From Octopus sinensis (lineage: Eukaryota): DNA of 64,000 nucleotides. A program made the position numbers and the translations under genes. The stretch is from NCBI RefSeq assembly GCF_006345805.1, contig NC_042997.1, positions 77,066,001 to 77,130,000 of the forward strand, written 5' to 3'. Below, piece by piece: positions 25,545-40,000 of the stretch (the stretch's first letter is position 1; the number at the start of each line of letters is the position of its first letter). Below the pieces are notes generated by a model, which had not been told where the DNA came from, did no database searches, and was given only the letters and a program-made list of their open reading frames with translations.

Positions 25545-25885
25545 AAAGGTTTGGGTTTACTCTTTTATTTGTTTCAATCATTTGACTGTGGCCATGCTGG
25601 AGCACTGCATTTATTTGAACAAATTGGCCCCCAGGACTTATTCTTTGTAAGCCTAGTACTTATTCTATTGGTCTCTATTGCCGAACCGCTAAGTTACGGG
25701 GACAAACACATATATATATACGACTGGCTTCTTTCAGTTTCCATCTACCAAATCCATTCAGAAGGCTTTGGTCGGCCCAAGGCTATAGTAGAAGACACTT
25801 GCCCAAAGTGTCATGCAGTGGGACTGAACCCGGAACCATGTGGTTGGTAAGCAAGCTACTTACCACACAGCCACTCCTGCGCCTG
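25545..25885 (-). mobile_element. tRNA-derived SINE (CORE-type head plus 3' tail)
   Basis: The reverse complement starts GGCGCAGGAGTGGCTGTGTGGT (A box) and has GGGTTCAGTCCC (B box), TTGGGCAAGTGTCTT, then a (TA) spacer and tail. Confidence 0.8.
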
Positions 25886-26354
25886 TGATAAAAATGATAA
25901 AATTGATAAAAATGTTCCATATTCTATGCCCATGTTGAACATGGTTTGACAATAATCATCTTAGCTTCAGATAGGCTAGTGTTTACAATCCATGCCATCT
26001 TATAGAAAAAGGAACACAGAAAATGTAATTGATATTTGGTGCTTAATATTAAGTGTACATGTTTCTGTAAGTTGACTGCCAAGAAAATCTCAGATGATGC
26101 CATATCTTGTTGTAGAGCCCTGATCTGTGGGACCATTATGGTTTTCCGTCTCTTTTTATGTGTGTGTGTGTGTGCATGCTTGTGTAGTATTTCGTATTAT
26201 TAGTGAATTTATAGCAAACAATAAAGCATTTACTGATGATGGGAATCTATACATCTGTAAAGTTTAACAATCATTTTGAGTTGATTGGAACTTGAACACC
26301 TACCTTATCAGCTTGTTTAAAGCCGACCAAAGTCTCAGTCAAGACCAAATGATT

Positions 26355-26916
<562 letters not shown>

Positions 26917-26920
<4 letters not shown>

Positions 26921-27690
26921 GTTGGCCAAAATGTCTTGTTTTGATTGACACTAAACTCTTCAAGTACTCTAATAAGTAGTCTGTCTCTTGCAAATGCACA
27001 CATGTTAGATACTTGGCAGTTCAATGTAGTTCAACTCGAATGTGCATTGAGACAGGTTGAATTGTGCATGGGACACCTCCTGAAAATGGATAACCAAAAT
27101 GAACATTATGAACACTTCCTATTTTTTTTATTTTAAAAAGCAAGCAAACAGCAGAAACCTACAAGAAGATAGGCACTAAGTAGGATGTTGTTATAGAACA
27201 AATGTACCAAATCAAGATTTGGATCAGGAAATTTTTCAGTTCAAAATGTACCTTGCTCTGGCCAGCTAACTGAGATTAACAGCAGTTCCATTGATAATCA
27301 ACCAGAATGCTCACAGATATTCTCCAAATATCCAAACTGAGTGTTGGAAACCATCTGCTTCAACTTGGCTGTGTCAGTAGGTTTGATTTTGGGGCCCCAC
27401 ATCAGTTGAATGAGGCTAACCTCACCCAACAGATTTCTCTGTGATTCATTGCAAAAAACATGAAGATAATTATCCTTTTTTAAAGAGAATGGTGACATGT
27501 GATAAAAAATGAATTGTCTATAACAGTGTGAAGTTAGTGGGGAAGTGCAGTGAACCATGACAAACAGACTCCAAAGTAGAACATACTTTTAATTTTGTGA
27601 AATTGGAAGGGAATTCTCTTTCACAAACTTCTTCCCATAGGTAGGACCATCAATTCAAGCATGTATGTGACCAGCTGGTCAAATTATATA
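26917..27690 (+). mobile_element. Mariner-family transposon remnant, 3'-truncated
   Basis: TA|TTGGGTTGGCCAAAATGTC TIR start; degenerate MDNQNEH... N-terminus; FLKRMVTCDKK*IVYN at about 27480-27530 (first catalytic D motif). Confidence 0.72.
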
Positions 27691-28959
27691 TATATTTTTA
27701 CTGAAAGCTCTTATATGTAGCTGGCCTGCATTGTACTTGAGTTTTAAATATTGTAGGTTTTATTTTTCCTTGTTCTTAACAGTTATAATATACAGATTTC
27801 AGATTCTGAAAAAAGAAATTAAAGAAAACTGATCCTTTTTTATGTTTAGACGTACATTTATTTGTGTTTGGCCCTTAACTTCTTGTACTTCTCATCACCT
27901 AGCTGTTAGAACTAAGTAACAAATATAAGAATTATACTGTAACCAACTAGTTCTTATAATCACTAGACTCTATTCACATCTAACCTATTTACATTTAGAT
28001 TCTATTTACATTGTAATGTTGACATTCTTTAGATTCATACTGTTGCTTGAAGTAGTTGTAGAATTAAACTTTATTTTGTTGTTACTAAAATATTTAATTT
28101 CAAAAACCGAATAAGTACATCTAAAACTTTAGTGTGAATTCACTTTAAATTTCAGTGGTATATATAAAAAAATATTATTTAAATGGTGTCAGATATGTAT
28201 TAAATTATTTGTGCATTTGTTTCTTCTACTACACATTAGTGAAATTTCAGTAATTTTTTACAAATGTTCAGTGTGTTCACATATGAAGTGTTTGGTAGTA
28301 TTATTGCTAAGATATTTTTCCTATTTCTCATTTTACTTGATTGTTTCTATTTAACTCTAGAGTAGGTAATGTAGGATATAATTCACTGCCATAAGCAAGG
28401 GCAACATTGATTGATTGACTTACAATACTGAGTTTAATTTTTCCATTGGGAAAAGCCATTGTGCACAAATAAAATGTTATTATTTAGAAGAAAGAGGAAT
28501 AGCGTAACTCATGACTTTTTAGAATAATGTGGTTGTTGTTCGTTGTACATGGGCTAGTCATTGTTGTGTGTTGGTGAATGAATCTCTACAAGCCAACCAG
28601 ATAAACTTTAAGAATTTGTGTACTCTAGAATGTTTGTATATTTAACAGCAGTTCCATTCCAGATATCTAAGTAGCACTTGAGATTGTTTCAAGGCAGCAG
28701 CTGATCAAAGTAGCCATCTACTGAACTTCGTTAAAGATGTATTTATAACTTATAACAAGAGGATAAAAATATTGTCATCCAATGAAACCAACTTTAAGTG
28801 AGCCACAGAGGTCCACACCAAGCTATTAAAACAGCCAGTATCAGGAAAGAAATTCTCACTAACAAGAGAGTCAGCATAAAGATACTAGAAAGAGAAATGT
28901 TATATGATTTAACCTACCGTATTGATGATAGAAAAGACTCATGCACCATGATAGCTTAC

Positions 28960-29018
28960 CTTGACCATTCTTCTGCAACCTCTGCCTCGATCAGAGATTT
29001 CAGTTTTATAGGGCCAGG
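28960..29018 (-). CDS. Candidate internal exon of the host gene (PGPIKLKSLIEAEVAEEWS)
   Basis: Acceptor aattgtaattcag|, donor AAG|gtaagc; 59 nt; GC above background; joins 31813-31855 in frame. A second frame is also open. Confidence 0.55.
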
Positions 29019-31812
29019 CTGAATTACAATTTAATTCTAACGTCCACTCCACACAAGTAAAACACTGTACATCAGAATTTACAACAGGATTCCTAAGCAA
29101 ACAGAAGTTTGGAATGTCTGGGGTGGCCACCACACCTTTTATAGGTTACCTCCAGAGCATCTGAATTTCTCACTATCAGCATTACATGCATACATCATAT
29201 CCGGTTGAGTGTTCATCAGTTTGGTCACTCTCCAGATTAAACTGGAGAGTTATGATGGTTATGAATGACTTTTAGGAAAACTTTGGTCGAGTTAGTAAAA
29301 GTTTAGTTTGCTTAACAAAAAGGATTTGAATATTAAATAAAGAAGAAAAGAAAATCACAAACTAAAAAATTAATTTCCTATAATATTTTAATTCCTTTAA
29401 TTCAATTCCTATAATTGAAAAATTACAGGAAGTAAGATAGAATTACAGAATCTGAGTTTGTGTTACATTTAACCTTTATTCATTTTTATTGAATTAACAT
29501 TTTCTTGTACACATATTCCCCAAAGCTTTACAAAAGCCTTATAACTTTCTTAGACATATCATTTTTCAAGTCATGATATATTTAATGTATGAATGCCACA
29601 TAACAGCACATTTAATGTCAAACAGCATAACAGGATGTTCAAAAAGTCTCTGCACTGTGGAGGGACCTTTTGAACACCTTGTACATTAAAGACATAAAAT
29701 AACAGTCAAATATAAAGACAACCAACTGATACAAAAAATATGTTCCCATAAATGAGGTTTATTAAAATTCAAATGCTGTCACTTGTGGAAAAATATGGTT
29801 TTCAATATATGAAAGATGCAACCATTCCAGTGAAAAAGTAGAAGTTCATGTTCCATTTCTTTCAGATCATTGCTTCAGCAAAATATAAAAGTACATTTAT
29901 AAAATTTGAAATCATTCCAGTACTAATTAATATTACTGATGAACTGTTCTGAAAATGATATGCTCATTATTTGTATAACTATAGACAGTAATTCAGGATA
30001 TTGAAAAATAAATAGATTAAGTTAAATTACTTCACTTTTCTATATAAATCATTAAACTAAGGAACTCAATCTGTGAACTTGTAGTAAATTTCTAATGTAA
30101 ACATTAAAGTATTATTGATATATTAATACATAAGAAAATGTTTTGTTGGTATCTGGCTACCGATTTTTAATCAAGCTTCTAGGATTTTAATGTAATATTT
30201 TAATTTGAAGCTTCAATGACTTGAAAAAGATATAAGTCCTTGTCTAATATAGTTATATCAACAATATAGATGAGGGAAAATAACTTGTGGTCTCCTGTAA
30301 CTGCTGATTCTGATAATTAAAGTATTGAAATCTCTCAGAAGAAGAAGAAATACATTTTAGTATTTTAGGCTAATGTCACAATAATTTCCCACTGTTTTAC
30401 TGCCAGAGGGATAGAAAGTGCTACAGTATATTTTTTTGCCACTGAAGCATTAATGCTTTCAATCATTATCTTTTATGTTTCATGTGAGTCGTTGTTGAAC
30501 AACTTTACTAAAATATATCTTAAGAAGTATATAAACCATTGATATTCCTCTGAAAAAGTATAGCCTTCATCATCATCATCATTGTTTTAATATTCTTGCA
30601 TGGATCAGATGTAATTTGTTGCATTAGATTTTCTACAGCTAGGTACCCTTCCTTGTTTCCAAGCAAGATATTATTTCTACAAGGCTTCACACTTCACAAG
30701 AATATTGGAAATGAATGACACCACTTCTATGATGGTGGCACTCATTTTCTGTAGGCTCCTTTCTGTTTCCATCTATCAAATCCACTCACAAGTCTTTTGC
30801 CAACCCAAGACTCCTTAGTAAAGGGGGTAATATCCTTATCCATTGAGTAGTTGATGAGGTTAATGTGATTGCTGCTTAATTTGAACTGATGTTGATCAAT
30901 GTCTATAAAAAAAGAATTAAAACAAATAAGTAAATGATATTAGCAGGCACTGCATTTCAGGATTGATATTGTCTTGGATATTGAGTTGTCAAATGTCTAC
31001 AGCATTGGGCAAAAATGGTTTGCACTAATGAATCGGTTTATATAGATGAAACAAGTCACTGAAAAACTACACTCCATTGTGTCTGTTTTACTACAAGATT
31101 TTGTTTGAGAAAAAGAAGATAATGTACAACACACATAACACTAGATCTGCTTAAAAGTAATATCCCACTTTGCAGATTTGTACAAAGTTAAACTCACTCA
31201 TTTGTGAGTGCAATATAAAAACTGCATCTATAAATCCCACACATCTGTAGAAATAATTTTAAGGAGAATTTGATTGCCCCCAAAGATCAGAAAGGAGAAA
31301 TACCTATGTCTGGAATGGCATAGCATTGAAGAACATAAACTACTACAGAGTGGAATTTCTCTAATTGATAAATAAAACCAAAGTGGAGAAATCAAAAAGG
31401 CTCTGTATAATAATGCTTGCTGATAAAATCACTTGTCAGCTCAATATAATGACATTATTAGAAAATAAATCTATGTAACCTAAAATTGCAATGATAATTG
31501 TACATACACTAGTGGCTCAGTGGTAATGATATTACTTCCTTTACTTGAAAAATAAATCTCTTCAATCAGCCTGTAGTGTCATCTGCCTAGTATCTGTGAC
31601 CAAGGAGGAGATAACTAATCCGAAATGCTAACATCTTACAGTCTAGGTAGGTGGCACTGCAAGCTGATCTAGCTGTATACACACCATTTGTCAACGAAGG
31701 GAGATATATTCTCCACCACAAAATGCCATGAGTAGCTTGTTCCCCAGTTCAAACATGCATCAAACATATTCAGACTGATAATAACATTACAATTTTACTT
31801 ATCATTGCTTAC

Positions 31813-31855
31813 CGCTCCCTCTCCGTAACATTCTCCATGTAGGGGTGTGTGCTGT
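31813..31855 (-). CDS. Candidate internal exon of the host gene (xQHTPLHGECYGEGA)
   Basis: Acceptor cattttactgttatttcag|, donor GCG|gtaagc; 43 nt and GC-rich. All three frames are open, so the frame is inferred. Confidence 0.55.
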
Positions 31856-32028
31856 CTGAAATAACAGTAAAATGGTCATTAATATGCCAAAGGTAGAGTA
31901 CCAAACCCTGAGTCACACTAGATTTTGTAAACTGTGAATGATAATTCAACCCTAAGTCACAGTAAAATTGATAGGGAATCAGTGGCAAGCCAACAACTTA
32001 GCTAGAGAGTTTTTGTACAAGACATAAT

Positions 32029-34746
32029 CGTGAGGACGTGAGGATGAAAGACTTGAGGTATTTCGTGTTGCAAGACAGTGTGTGAGAGAGAATCGTGATG
32101 TGGTAGGAGAGAAATGTCTTCGCATGGAGGATGGTTCACTTGCGCTAAATGAGGATGCAAAGAGAGAAGCTTGGAGACGCCACTATGAAAGGTTACTGAA
32201 TGAGGAAAATGAATGGGATAAAGAGAGTCTGCCGAATGTTGACCCTACAGAGGGACCAGCTATCCGAGTTGATAGTTCCGTGGTAGCTAAGGCAATTAGA
32301 AGCATGAAGACAGGGAAAGCCCCAGGCCCATCAGGAATTACTGCAGAGATGCTCAAAATATCTGGCAGTGTCGGCTATAACCTAGTCACCCGTATAGTCA
32401 ACCAGGTGATACACGAAGGAGTCATACCCAATGACTGGTGCAGCAGCATACTAGTCAACTGCTACAAAGGTAAAGGTGATGCCCTAGATACAAATAATTA
32501 CAGAGGTATCAAGCTGTTGGATCAAGTAATGAAGGTTACGGAGAGGGTCATAGCCCAACTAATTAGAGAGAGAGTTAGTTTAGATGAGATGCAGTTTGGG
32601 TTCGTGCCAGGAAAAAGTACCACTGATGCTATATTCCTGGTAAGGCAGCTGCAGGAGAAATACCTAGCCAAAGATAAGCCCCTGTACCTGGCTTTCGTTG
32701 ACATGGAGAAAGCTTTTGATAGGGTCCCCCGATCCCTTATCTGGTGGTCAATGAGGAAACTAGGGATAGATGAATGGCTGGTGAGGACTGTGCAAGCCAT
32801 GTACAGAGATGCCGTAAGTAAGGTTAGGGTTGGCAACATGTACACAGAAGAATTCAAAGTAGAGGTTGGGGTCCACCAGGGTTCAGTACTCAGCCCCCTC
32901 CTATTTATCATAGTACTCCAGGCAATTACGGAGGAATTCAAGACAGGCTGTCCCTGGGAGCTCCTCTACGCTGACGACCTTGCTCTTATTGCTGAGTCAC
33001 TATCAGAACTGGAGGAGAAGTTCCAGGTGTGGAAGGAGGGTTTAGAATCAAGGGGCCTTAGAGTCAACCTAGCTAAAACCAATGTACTAATAAGTAGAAA
33101 GGTAGACAATCCACAAATATCTTCAGGAAGATGGCCCTGCTCGATCTGTAGAAAAGGTGTAGGTAGAAACTCTATAAGATGTACCCAGTGTAAGCTATGG
33201 ACACATAAGAGGTGCAGCAATGTCAAAGGTAGGCTAACTGGGAAGATAGTTTTTGTATGTGGCAGATGCTCGGGAGCATTAACCTCCGAAAATCTGCAGA
33301 AAACAACTTCCGTCACTTTCCAGGGGGAAAAACTAGAAGTAGTTGATAGCTTCCGTTATCTAGGTGACCAAGTCAGTAGTGGGGGTGGGTGCGCTGAAAG
33401 TGTAACTGCTAGAATAAGAATAGCCTGGGCAAAGTTTAGGGAGCTCTTACCTCTGCTGGTGACTAAAGGCCTCTCGCTCAGAGTAAAAGGCAGACTGTAT
33501 GATGCGTGTGTACGAACAGCCATGCTACATGGCAGCGAAACATGGGCTGTGACTGCTGAGGACATGCGTAAGCTCGTGAGGAATGAAGCCAGTATGCTCC
33601 GATGGATGTGTAATGTCAGTGTACATACTCGACAGAGCGTTAGCACCTTGAGAGAAATGTTGTACCTAAGAAGCATCAGTTGTGGTGTGCAAGAGAGACG
33701 ATTGCGCTGGTATGGTCATGTGGCGAGAATGGATGAAGATAGGTGTGTGAGAAAGTGCCAATCCCTAGCAGTTGAGGGAACCCGTGGAAGAGGTAGACCC
33801 AGGAAAACCTGGGACGAGGTGGTGAAGCACGACCTTCGAACTTTAGGCCTCACTGAGGAAATGACCAGAGACCGAGACCTTTGGAAATATTCTGTACGTG
33901 AGAAGACCAGGCAGGACAAGTGAGCCCAGCCCACTTATGAATGCCTTTCCTCCCTTGGACACAAAGACCGGTTGAGGCAAGCGAAGTCGATATAGAACCT
34001 CATCCGACGACAGACACCCATCCCAACCCCCCATGCTTGCGAAGACATGTTGGGGCAAGCGAAATCGAAATCGAAACCGAATTGAACCAGCCAGGATCCC
34101 TGGCCTGGTGGTACGTAAAAAGCACTATCCGACTCGGGGCCGTGGCACGTAAAATACTCCAATGCGACCGTACGACAGCCACCCATGCCAACCCCCTTTG
34201 CTTGTGAAGACATGTTGGGGCAAGCGAAATCGAAATCGAATTGAACCAGCCAGGATCCCTGGTCTGGTGGTACGTAAAAAGCACTATCCGACTCGTGGCC
34301 GTGGCACGTAAAATACTCCAATGCGACCGTACGACAGGCACCCTTGCCAACCCCCTTTGCTTGTGAAGACATGTTGGGGCAAGCGAAATCGAAATCGAAT
34401 TGAACCAGCCAGGATCCCTGGTCTGGTGGTACGTAAAAAGCACTATCCGACTCGTGGCCGATGCCAGCACCGCCTCGACTGGCTTCCGTGCCGGTGGCAC
34501 ATAAAATACACCAATCTGACCGTGGCCGTTGCCAGCCCCGCCTGGCACCTGTGCAGGTGGCACGTAAAAAGCACCCACTACACTCACGGAGTGGTTGGCG
34601 TTAGGAAGGGCATCCAGCTGTAGAAACATTGCCAAATTAGACTGGAGCCTGGTGCAGCCTTCTGGCTTCCCAGAACCCCGGTCGAACCGTCCAACCCATG
34701 CTAGCATGGAGAACGGACGTTAAACGACGATGATGATGATGATGAT
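32029..34746 (+). mobile_element. RTE-clade LINE, 5'-truncated, young; uninterrupted 613-aa RT/PHD ORF (32082-33923); triplicated 3' UTR segment
   Basis: Near-identical protein to the 12507 copy; YADD at 32967-32978; (GAT)n tail; possible ATAAT TSD. Confidence 0.96.
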
Positions 34747-35449
34747 AATTCAAGGCTTTGCTGTTCAAAGTAGCAATAATATTGCTTTTGCTTAAATGTA
34801 TCAATGACAACTGAGAAGTTATAAACATAAGAAGTGATTGTTACAATACTGCTGGAAATAAAAGCTGAAGTTTACTCACTTAATGAATGTGTATATTTGG
34901 TGGTAGATAAGTACTTCAACAGGGATTTGTCTTATGTGTGCTATGTTGTAAGTAAAACAAATTAGAATATTGTTTTAACTTTCCTAACAAGTGCATTTAG
35001 ATAGTTGCACTCTCTTTATGATCATAACATTGACTTCAAGAAATTGTTCTCATTACTCACATATCTTTAAATGTACTTTTCCTATTGTGTCTAAAGGGAA
35101 ATACAAATTCTTTCCAAATTAATTGAAGTTCTTCATATTGTAATATCTTTGAAATTCTATTCTATGTAAATGAGGTCTTGCCAGGTTTAATATAATTATT
35201 TAGTCTGAAAATGTTTTGAATCGCTACTTCTATCCAGTCAATAAGTTTTAAGTTAATTTTTTGCAACACAACTTTCAGTCTTTTAGAGAAAGGATAGAAA
35301 TTGTTGCATTTCCTATAGACCTGAGGCCATAGACCATTCATCATCTTCACCAGTACCTTCATCTCTCTTGTAATTACCATCATACAGCTAATATTTTCCA
35401 TGCTTACATGAGCTGGATAGAACTCTAGCACAATGCATTGCCATTTGTT

Positions 35450-35720
35450 ACCAGCCCTATGTCATCCTTGTTAGGTTCAGCCTCTTTGGATCAGCTTTCA
35501 CTTCCTTTCCCTATGTTTGTCAGCATTCCTTTTCCACATGATCCTTCTACTTGAATTACTTACCAATTCTTTACCCAACTGTTACTCTCCATGCACATCA
35601 CATATCCATAGCAACATGGTCTTCTCTCTTACACACTACATTTTATTCTTCTTTATAACCAGTCTTTTTCTCAGTTCATTGTGATGTTTTTCATGCACAC
35701 TATCATTGTACATACTCTGG
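35450..35720 (-). mobile_element. Old RTE ORF2 C-terminal fragment
   Basis: The reverse complement resembles the ERRLRWYGHV..MDEDSCV..C...VEG.RGRG region. Confidence 0.5.
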
Positions 35721-37060
35721 GTGTGTAATGTTAATACACATTAATGTTAAAGCATGTTTCTGTAAAGAAATGAAACCAATTTGCTAATTTTCCCTCTTAT
35801 TTGAAAGAAGTCCTTCTGTATATAGTCTTTCCCAGAACTGTATTTGATGTTCTTTTCCCATTGCTCTTATTGTTCTCCAAACCTGCCTTCTAAGAATGTC
35901 TTCCTTCTGTAACAGCACCTTGGCTATTTTCTCTCACAGTTTCTCACATTTCAGATATTTAAACTAAAACTTAACCTCATCATGTTTATTCAGATATCCC
36001 CCAGTGTGGAAGAGCTGTGAATATTATTTACTCTGTGTAGGTCATCTAACTATTGACTTCCAGCTGAGACTTTATAGAGATCATTCCATGTATGCAGATA
36101 TGCATATAATATTTCATGTAGTTATCAATAACAATAAAGTTATTTAATATTGAAAAATATAATTTCTATAAAAACAATGTATATACACATTAATTTTTTT
36201 AATTATGGATCAAATATATGTACATAAAGTATAATATATTTTTTTATAATATAATTTGTTTTTACAATTAATAGAAATGTTTCTGATATTTTGGAGCAAG
36301 TCTTTATTCAAGGAAAGACAATAGTTCCATGGGAATATGGAAATAATGAAGAATCACTTCCTGGAAATAGTAAAGAATGAGTTTTTGCAAATGAATGAGG
36401 GGAACAAAAGTAGTGGGAGAGAGACAGAAGAGTGTGATGTTATCAGTGGAGAAAGAATTAAGACAGAAGGCAAGGCTTTTTGTCACTTTTTTTTTTTTTA
36501 ATGAGGTGCAAGGTCAGTGATATGTAAACAACTTGTCAGTAACAATACACACGAATTCACACATGTATAGGTTTTCACATACCTGCATATAGCTGAAACT
36601 AAGCCGTTCTTATGAGCAAGGATTCAGACATCTATACACTTCATGCAATGTATACATACATACAGGTATCCATCCACATATATATAAACATTGCACATTC
36701 ATATAACTATAACTATCCACTTCCATATATATATGTGTGTGTGTTTGTGTGTCTGTATGAAGAAAGTGATATACCTCAGAACACGTACACACCCACACAT
36801 ACATATAGAAGATGGAGTGAAAAGGAGAATAAGGTGATGCATTGAGTGAGATAATGTGCTATATGTGTCAAAAGTTATGTTTTGCTCTTTTTGTTTTCTG
36901 GGAGGTATTTCCCTTCATTGTCTGGAAATACCAGACACTGGTATCCAGTAGTTTTCAACTATGGCACTTCACATTCCAGGAAACAAATGCATTATCTTCA
37001 CTCTCAGCTCACCTTCTTTTGACTTAAATGAATATTTCTTCTTGTCGTCTTCAATCCAAC

Positions 37061-40000
37061 TGTTGTGATGATAGTCACAATGCTCCCTTGTGTGAAATAG
37101 ACTGGACTGAGTGATAGTAGCAGTTGGACTGAAGTTTGTGTGCTAGTTCGAGTTAAGTTCACAGTGAAGTCAGAAGGTGTCGTTTAGTTAGTTTGTTTAG
37201 AATATGGATTGTCGGTTCATGAAGAGATTGTTGGATTGTTATGTTGTTATTACGGCTGCATCAATACTGTAAATCCTCCAGTATAATCCGCATTTTTTCT
37301 TCCAAAATTTAAAGTTCAAAATCCCTAGTGCATACTATATATGAGGCTAAAAATGAAAAATATTTTCTAAGCAATATCCAAGTCTCTATTTGCTGTCCGG
37401 CAATGTTTATTCAGATGCATTTTGTGATGTCAGGAGTAAAAATACCTTAAGCTAGGCCTAAAAGCAATGAAGTCATTAAAGAATCATCCATAACTTGCAG
37501 TAAGCAACATTTATTAAAATAAAAGTATTCAGAACACAGAATAACATGTAACAAAAACAATTTGCAAACATATTTACATTCCCATATAACAGTTAAGAAC
37601 ATCACCATTATTATATTACGCATGTATGGAAGTGTTTGTTTGACTAGGTGCTGCTGGCTTAATTACGCACGACTCAAGTTAGAGAAGGGGTGCGTATTAT
37701 ACACAAGGTTTAGGTTTTCAGAGTTACAGCCCCCTAAAAATCCCCTGCGTATTATACTCAAGGGCGGACTATACTCGAGGATTTACGGTATCTCATTTAC
37801 TGTTACAACACTGGTACAGTGTAACTAAACCATCCATCACAATATCATGGTGGTACCACAACATTTGGAGAAGGAGGATACAACATCTAGCGATGAAGGT
37901 TTTGAAGCTCACATAGGTTATTTAACAATTTGTTCTTGATACAACTTGTTAAATGATGGAAGACATATTAGCTTCTATAATACAGTTGCAAAAGTAACAA
38001 CAGGAATTGCAGAAGCAACTAGTACAACAACAACAGTTATTGGACCTATATTTAACAAAGTCCAAAAATGTGGTAAGTTCATTTTTGCCAGACAGCATAT
38101 CAAGCTCAATTATGGAATTCAGTTATTACACAGAGGAGGGTATACTTTTTGGGTATGCTACAGAAGGTACGAGAATATTTTTAACGAAGAAAAAGTAAGG
38201 TTATTATTAAGTAAATTAGCTCCATCTAAGCATGAATGATATTGTAATTTTATATTACCCAAAAAGTTTAGTGAAATTTGTTTTCAAGAAACAATCACAT
38301 TTCTGTCTAACATGTTCAGTGATAAAACTCCTCTATTTAACACTTGGATGGAGTGTTGGAATTTAAATAAAAATGAGGTTGATGACTTTATTTAAGTATG
38401 CAGGAACAATCAACAGAATGTGTGAAAGAACTTATTCCTGAGATGTTTAAGTGCCTCACTTTTGTACAAGGCCATACAGTAAATAAAGATACAGAAATAC
38501 GGGCAAGAATTCTTTCAAAATTTAAACAAGAGAATCAAGATTTGACCCTACAGACTGTTGCAGAAGAATGTCAAAGAACGGTAAACCTGAAACACGATGA
38601 GATTCAAGAAAAGGATTTTGCAAAAATATAGATATGTTGACCAAGAAAGTATGACCCATAGAAGATTGCTAAGTCCTAATATATGTTACGGATGTAGAGG
38701 CCTACATTTCAGAAAAGATTGTTCTTTTAAAAACCCAAAATGTTACAGTTGTCAAATATTTGGAGACAAGAGTTTACACTGCAAAACAAAAATAAGAAGT
38801 TCAGATGTAAAAAATTCTAAAGTGCTCTCAGCAAAAAGTAAAATCGGCTCCCAAATAAGGAAATTTGTACATGAAAAGTAAACAATATAAATTGCAATGG
38901 GATAGTAGTAGTTACATGTCAATCATTAACACTGACATGTGGAAGAAAATAGGGAAACCTATGTTAAGAAAAACAGTGTAAACTGCATGTGGCATGGCAG
39001 GTGACAATCTACACTTTGCAGGCAAAATGCGGAATGATGTCACATTTTGAGAAAAAAATCTGCAAGGCAAAAGTTTTCGTCATAAAGAATGCAACCAATC
39101 TGTTTGGTATTGATTGGTTGGAGTTATTTCACTTATGGGATCTCCCAATAAGCTGTTACTGTAAAAAGTTAAATGGCTGCCCCACCAGTGAAAAGAACTC
39201 AGCAGCTGAACTGAAGAAACAATTAATTAAAAACATGTGGAATGTTATTCATGAACTGCCAGTGACAGCACAATATAAAAATGAAATCTGCAGGGGATAA
39301 TTACAAGAATGAAAGAAATGTTGGAAAATAAGCAAAATGAAAATGCAAATTCAAATAATTTTTCACTATGTGACAATGTTTTAATGTACGCACAAAGAGT
39401 GGTAGTACCAACTGCCCTACAGAAATATGTATTTCAGGAATTCCACAGTGGGCACCCAAGAATGTTGAGAATGAAAGCCTTAATAAGGAGCTATGTATAT
39501 TGGCTGACAATGGGCCGAGACATTGAAACTTGTGTAAAATCATGTAGGAGTTGTGCGCTAGCAGGTGCAATAAACCAACCACAAAGACAACAATAAAGTT
39601 CCTGTATGAATTATTTGCCCAATGTTCCAGACATGATGGTATCAGATAATGGAACACACTTTACAGGTAGTGAATTCAAACATTTCTGCAAAATACATGT
39701 GATAAAGCATATTTTTACCCCACCCTACTGTCCGAAGTCAAATGGGCATATAGAAAGATTCATTGATATTTTCAAATGAGCATTAAAAAAAGCAAGGAAT
39801 GACATAGGAAATGATGAAGTGCTAATGAAATTCTTGAGGGTATATAGAGTAATGCCCAATCTGAATACCAGTTCAGGAAAGTCTCTGGCAGAGTTAATGT
39901 TCATGTGAAAAATCAAATCAATCTTCACTGAATTATTGCCAGGAAAATATATATTTAAAGGTAATACAAAAAAGGAAACAAAACATTTCGAAGTAGGAGA

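Noticed and set aside
29227-29250. 9-bp hairpin ACTCTCCAG-ATTAAA-CTGGAGAGT
   Set aside because: An isolated short stem is expected by chance in 64 kb; rho-independent terminator logic does not apply to this genome.
34005-34470. Regularly spaced repeats resembling a CRISPR array
   Set aside because: Eukaryotic context, the spacers are identical rather than unique, there are no cas genes, and the units are part of a LINE 3' UTR.
35162-35431. 89-aa minus-strand ORF as a host exon
   Set aside because: No good splice-site pair and it lies next to decayed RTE sequence; unsupported.
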